Positions 29,648 through 32,000 of a stretch of 32,000 nt of DNA are shown in pieces (position 1 is the stretch's first letter; each line of letters opens with the position of its first letter). A program made the position numbers and the translations under genes. Under the pieces are notes generated by a model. That model saw only the letters and a program-made list of their open reading frames with translations. It did no database searches and was not told where the DNA came from. Origin of the DNA: Wolbachia endosymbiont of Dirofilaria (Dirofilaria) immitis (lineage in GTDB: Bacteria > Pseudomonadota > Alphaproteobacteria > Rickettsiales > Anaplasmataceae); NCBI RefSeq assembly GCF_013365455.1, contig NZ_CP046578.1:510001-542000 (forward strand). The letters run 5' to 3'.

Positions 29648-30669
29648 GCTATTACCTTAATAAACTCATTAACTCCATTTTTTACCCTTGCTTTCTTAGT
29701 ATTATTAGCCATATCACTCAATTTTTGAGTATTTCCTAATAAACCAATTAGTAATTCTTTCAAATTTCTTTTCGTCTCACCATTTTGCTCAATTATCACA
29801 GCTGCTCCCAAACTCTCAATATATTTTGCATTGTAAAATTGATGACCATCTTTTGAGTAAGGATAAGGAATATATATAGCAGGACGCCCAGCAAGAGTAA
29901 TTTCTGCTATTGAAGTCGCCCCTGCTCTGCTAATTACCAAATGAGCACTTGCTAACCTACTCTCCATATCATTGAAAAACTCACTTAATTCACTATTAAC
30001 CTTTACACTTTTATACAGGCCTTTGACCTTATTAATATTCTTCTTAGTACATTGCTGTATTACTTTAAGCTTTTTTTTCACTTCAATAGGTAAATTACAA
30101 ATCACATCACTTACTACATCATCAAAAAAACTTGCACCCTGACTAGCTGCTATCACTAATATATTCAAGCTCTTTCCAGAGTGAATATAAGAATAGTCCT
30201 GCGCTCTTACATAAACAAAATTTCCTGTAAAAATACACCTATTGCTCTCTACATATTTAGTTTCTGGAAAGCTAGTCGCAATCAGCTCTGCACTATTAAG
30301 AAAAAATCTATTTACCCTTCCTAAAACTATATTTTGTTCATGTAAAATTACAGGTATAAAAAGAATTTTTGCCGCAAGAAGAGTTGGAAAAGAAGCATAG
30401 CTGCCAAAACCAATAACTAGCCTTGGCTTCAATTTTTTTATTCGACACAATGCTAATATAAAACTATACGTTAACAAAAGGAAAAATTTAAATTTACTGC
30501 TGCTTGGCTTACATAATGGTAGGGTATAGCTCTCTACATCTGTATTTTTATCTATTTTTTTATTAGTAAACAATATACAACTGTACCCTTGCAACTCTAG
30601 TGCTTTCGCCAAGGTCATAGCTGGAAAAATGTGCCCACCTGTTCCGCCTGTTGCGAGAATAATATCCAT
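29632..30669 (-). CDS. murG: undecaprenyldiphospho-muramoylpentapeptide beta-N-acetylglucosaminyltransferase
   Basis: 345-aa ORF with GGTGGHIFPA, HEQN, and SRAGATSIAEITLAGRPAIYIPYP....HQ..NA. All MurG hallmark segments look intact. Confidence 0.88.
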   Translation of the reverse strand: MDIILATGGTGGHIFPAMTLAKALELQGYSCILFTNKKIDKNTDVESYTLPLCKPSSSKFKFFLLLTYSFILALCRIKKLKPRLVIGFGSYASFPTLLAAKILFIPVILHEQNIVLGRVNRFFLNSAELIATSFPETKYVESNRCIFTGNFVYVRAQDYSYIHSGKSLNILVIAASQGASFFDDVVSDVICNLPIEVKKKLKVIQQCTKKNINKVKGLYKSVKVNSELSEFFNDMESRLASAHLVISRAGATSIAEITLAGRPAIYIPYPYSKDGHQFYNAKYIESLGAAVIIEQNGETKRNLKELLIGLLGNTQKLSDMANNTKKARVKNGVNEFIKVIAQRFG

Positions 30670-31050
30670 CTGCGTATAGCAATTAGTATTAGATTGTTAA
30701 CTATTATTTAATAATTTGCACATTGAATTCTATCAAGCTTTATAGTAGAAAGTCAAAAGTACTTAACAAAAATAAGCCTAAAGACAAATAGAAGCCAAAA
30801 TGAAGAGGCTTCACATGGAACTGCTAAAAAGTAGATAAAAGTTTCCTTAATTTGAGTGTCAGTATATTTCAGCAAAAGCTGACATAACAAAAATGGGAAA
30901 CACTAATTTAAGCAACAAGATTTAGGTAATAAAGGATACAAAAGATCTCAAATCCGAAGATAAAGCTTAAAGTGAAAGCAGCAGCCGAAGAACTAAAAGA
31001 AAGGTAACAGAAGCCTGACAATGATATCAATCCGTTATAGGTTAAAACAC

Positions 31051-31082
31051 ATAATAAAACTTCTGCTCAAGATACTTGCAGC
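31051..31082 (-). terminator. candidate intrinsic terminator downstream of lpdA
   Basis: The minus-strand RNA would read GCUGCAAG-UAU-CUUG(AG)CAG followed by AAGUUUUAUUAU, starting 23 nt after the lpdA stop. The stem is only about 7 bp with a 2-nt bulge, so this is tentative. Confidence 0.3.
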
Positions 31083-31104
31083 TTTAAAATAATGGAACGC
31101 TAAC

Positions 31105-32000
31105 TCAACTATTTAGTGACTCATTATCCGCAGCAAGTACTGATTCATGTATCATTTCCGAAACAGTTGGGTGAGGAAAAATTGTAGATTTTATATCAAG
31201 ATCTGTTGCTTCTATTTGCTTTGCAAAAACAAAATTGCTAACCAACTCTGTTACTTCCGCTCCTAACAGGTGAGCTCCAAGTAGCTCACCTGTTTTTTTA
31301 TCTATTACCGTTTTCACTAATCCTCCAGTTTCATCGAACACAATAGATTTACCATTAAAGTTAGAATAAAACTTTCCTACTTTTATATCATATCCACCTT
31401 TAATCGCTTGTTCTTCAGTTAGGCCAACACTTGCTATTTGTGGGTGAGAGTAAGTACAATTTGGTATGCACTCTTTTTTTAATACATGAGTACCCTTACC
31501 AGCAATCTTTTCAACACAGATCATAGCTTCATAACTCGCTTTATGTGCTAAACATGGAGGGCCAGCTACATCACCTATTGCATATATATTCGGCTCACAT
31601 GTTTCATACCATTCATTCGTTTCAATAAAGCCAGAAGGACTCAATTTAATCTTTGTATTCTCTAGACCTATATTCTCAGTGTTTGCTTGAACGCCAACTG
31701 CAACAATCACTCTATCAAATTCCTTGCTTTTACCACTACTTAGCTGTACTTTAACAGAGCCTCTATTTTTAGTTACAGTCTTTATACTATTGTTTGTATA
31801 TATTTTTATTCCCTGTTTCATAAATATTTCTTGCGCTAATCCTGAAATATCCCTATCTTCTAACGGCAAAATAGTGTCTTTTACCTCTATAATTGAAACA
31901 TCAACTCCCAAAGTACTACAGAAGCTTGCAAATTCCACCCCAATTGCACCAGATCCTATGATTAGCAACGATTTTGGTAATTTCTCTGGAGCTACAGCAT
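31105..32000 (-). CDS. lpdA: dihydrolipoyl dehydrogenase (E3), C-terminal ~298 aa; N-terminus lies beyond the window end
   Basis: The second NAD-binding motif is IIGSGAIGVEFA. The frame stays open upstream of the track start to position 32000 (...AVAPEKLPKSLLIIGSG). It also has AIGDV, the C-terminal dimerisation/active-site HPHPTVSE, and ends at 31105. Confidence 0.92.
   Translation of the reverse strand, partial: AVAPEKLPKSLLIIGSGAIGVEFASFCSTLGVDVSIIEVKDTILPLEDRDISGLAQEIFMKQGIKIYTNNSIKTVTKNRGSVKVQLSSGKSKEFDRVIVAVGVQANTENIGLENTKIKLSPSGFIETNEWYETCEPNIYAIGDVAGPPCLAHKASYEAMICVEKIAGKGTHVLKKECIPNCTYSHPQIASVGLTEEQAIKGGYDIKVGKFYSNFNGKSIVFDETGGLVKTVIDKKTGELLGAHLLGAEVTELVSNFVFAKQIEATDLDIKSTIFPHPTVSEMIHESVLAADNESLNS

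Noticed and set aside
30960-31020. gaaagcagcagccgaag resembling the GGAAGCAGCC core of SRP (4.5S) RNA
   Set aside because: The flanking sequence cannot form the conserved domain IV helix or tetraloop on either strand. The similarity is limited to a short purine-rich string.
1-32000. CRISPR arrays, IS elements or transposases, prophage genes, toxin-antitoxin or restriction/defence modules, rRNA genes
   Set aside because: I looked for regularly spaced direct repeats, terminal inverted repeats flanking ORFs, and signature motifs in all track ORFs, and found none. The only repeats are the short ones reported in the findings.

Overview
This is an AT-rich window (roughly 70% A+T by eye). Its gene content and order look like the core chromosome of a reduced alphaproteobacterium, order Rickettsiales, family Anaplasmataceae. 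Base composition and the very long spacers make it most Ehrlichia-like, but that taxon call is an inference from protein motifs and synteny, not a database hit. I can support 28 intact or partial protein genes, one pseudogene and one tRNA; 22 of these 30 lie on the minus strand. The genes are housekeeping. Replication and repair: dnaE, dnaQ, hda-like, xerD. TCA cycle and energy: sucCD, gltA, lpdA, an NDUFS4-like complex I accessory protein, SCO1/SenC. Proteostasis: the classical tRNA-Leu/tig/clpP/clpX/lon run. Ribosome: rpsF (partial), rpsU, rpsT. Export: secB with a divergent Tim44-like gene, and a DolP-like BON lipoprotein. Envelope and metabolism: plsC, murG, dapF, gshB, an AI-2E permease, a nitroreductase, an esterase and an SDR-like protein. 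I see no IS element, phage gene, CRISPR array, toxin-antitoxin pair or recognisable defence gene, and I cannot honestly point to a new multi-gene system. The unusual part is the noncoding DNA. In a 3.7-kb stretch (5946-9639) only one intact gene, the nitroreductase, survives. It is flanked by a multiply frameshifted bioY relic and two ORF-poor spacers of 1.1-1.4 kb that carry short dispersed repeats, which points to gene decay and old duplications. Smaller oddities are a perfect 2 x 16 bp tandem duplication, a perfect palindrome with 12-bp arms inside an unannotated 56-codon membrane-type ORF upstream of xerD, two DnaA-box-like sites upstream of hda, a 16-nt convergent gshB/murG overlap, and three further spacers of 430-530 bp. 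All functional calls rest on motif recognition by eye, and start codons are provisional.
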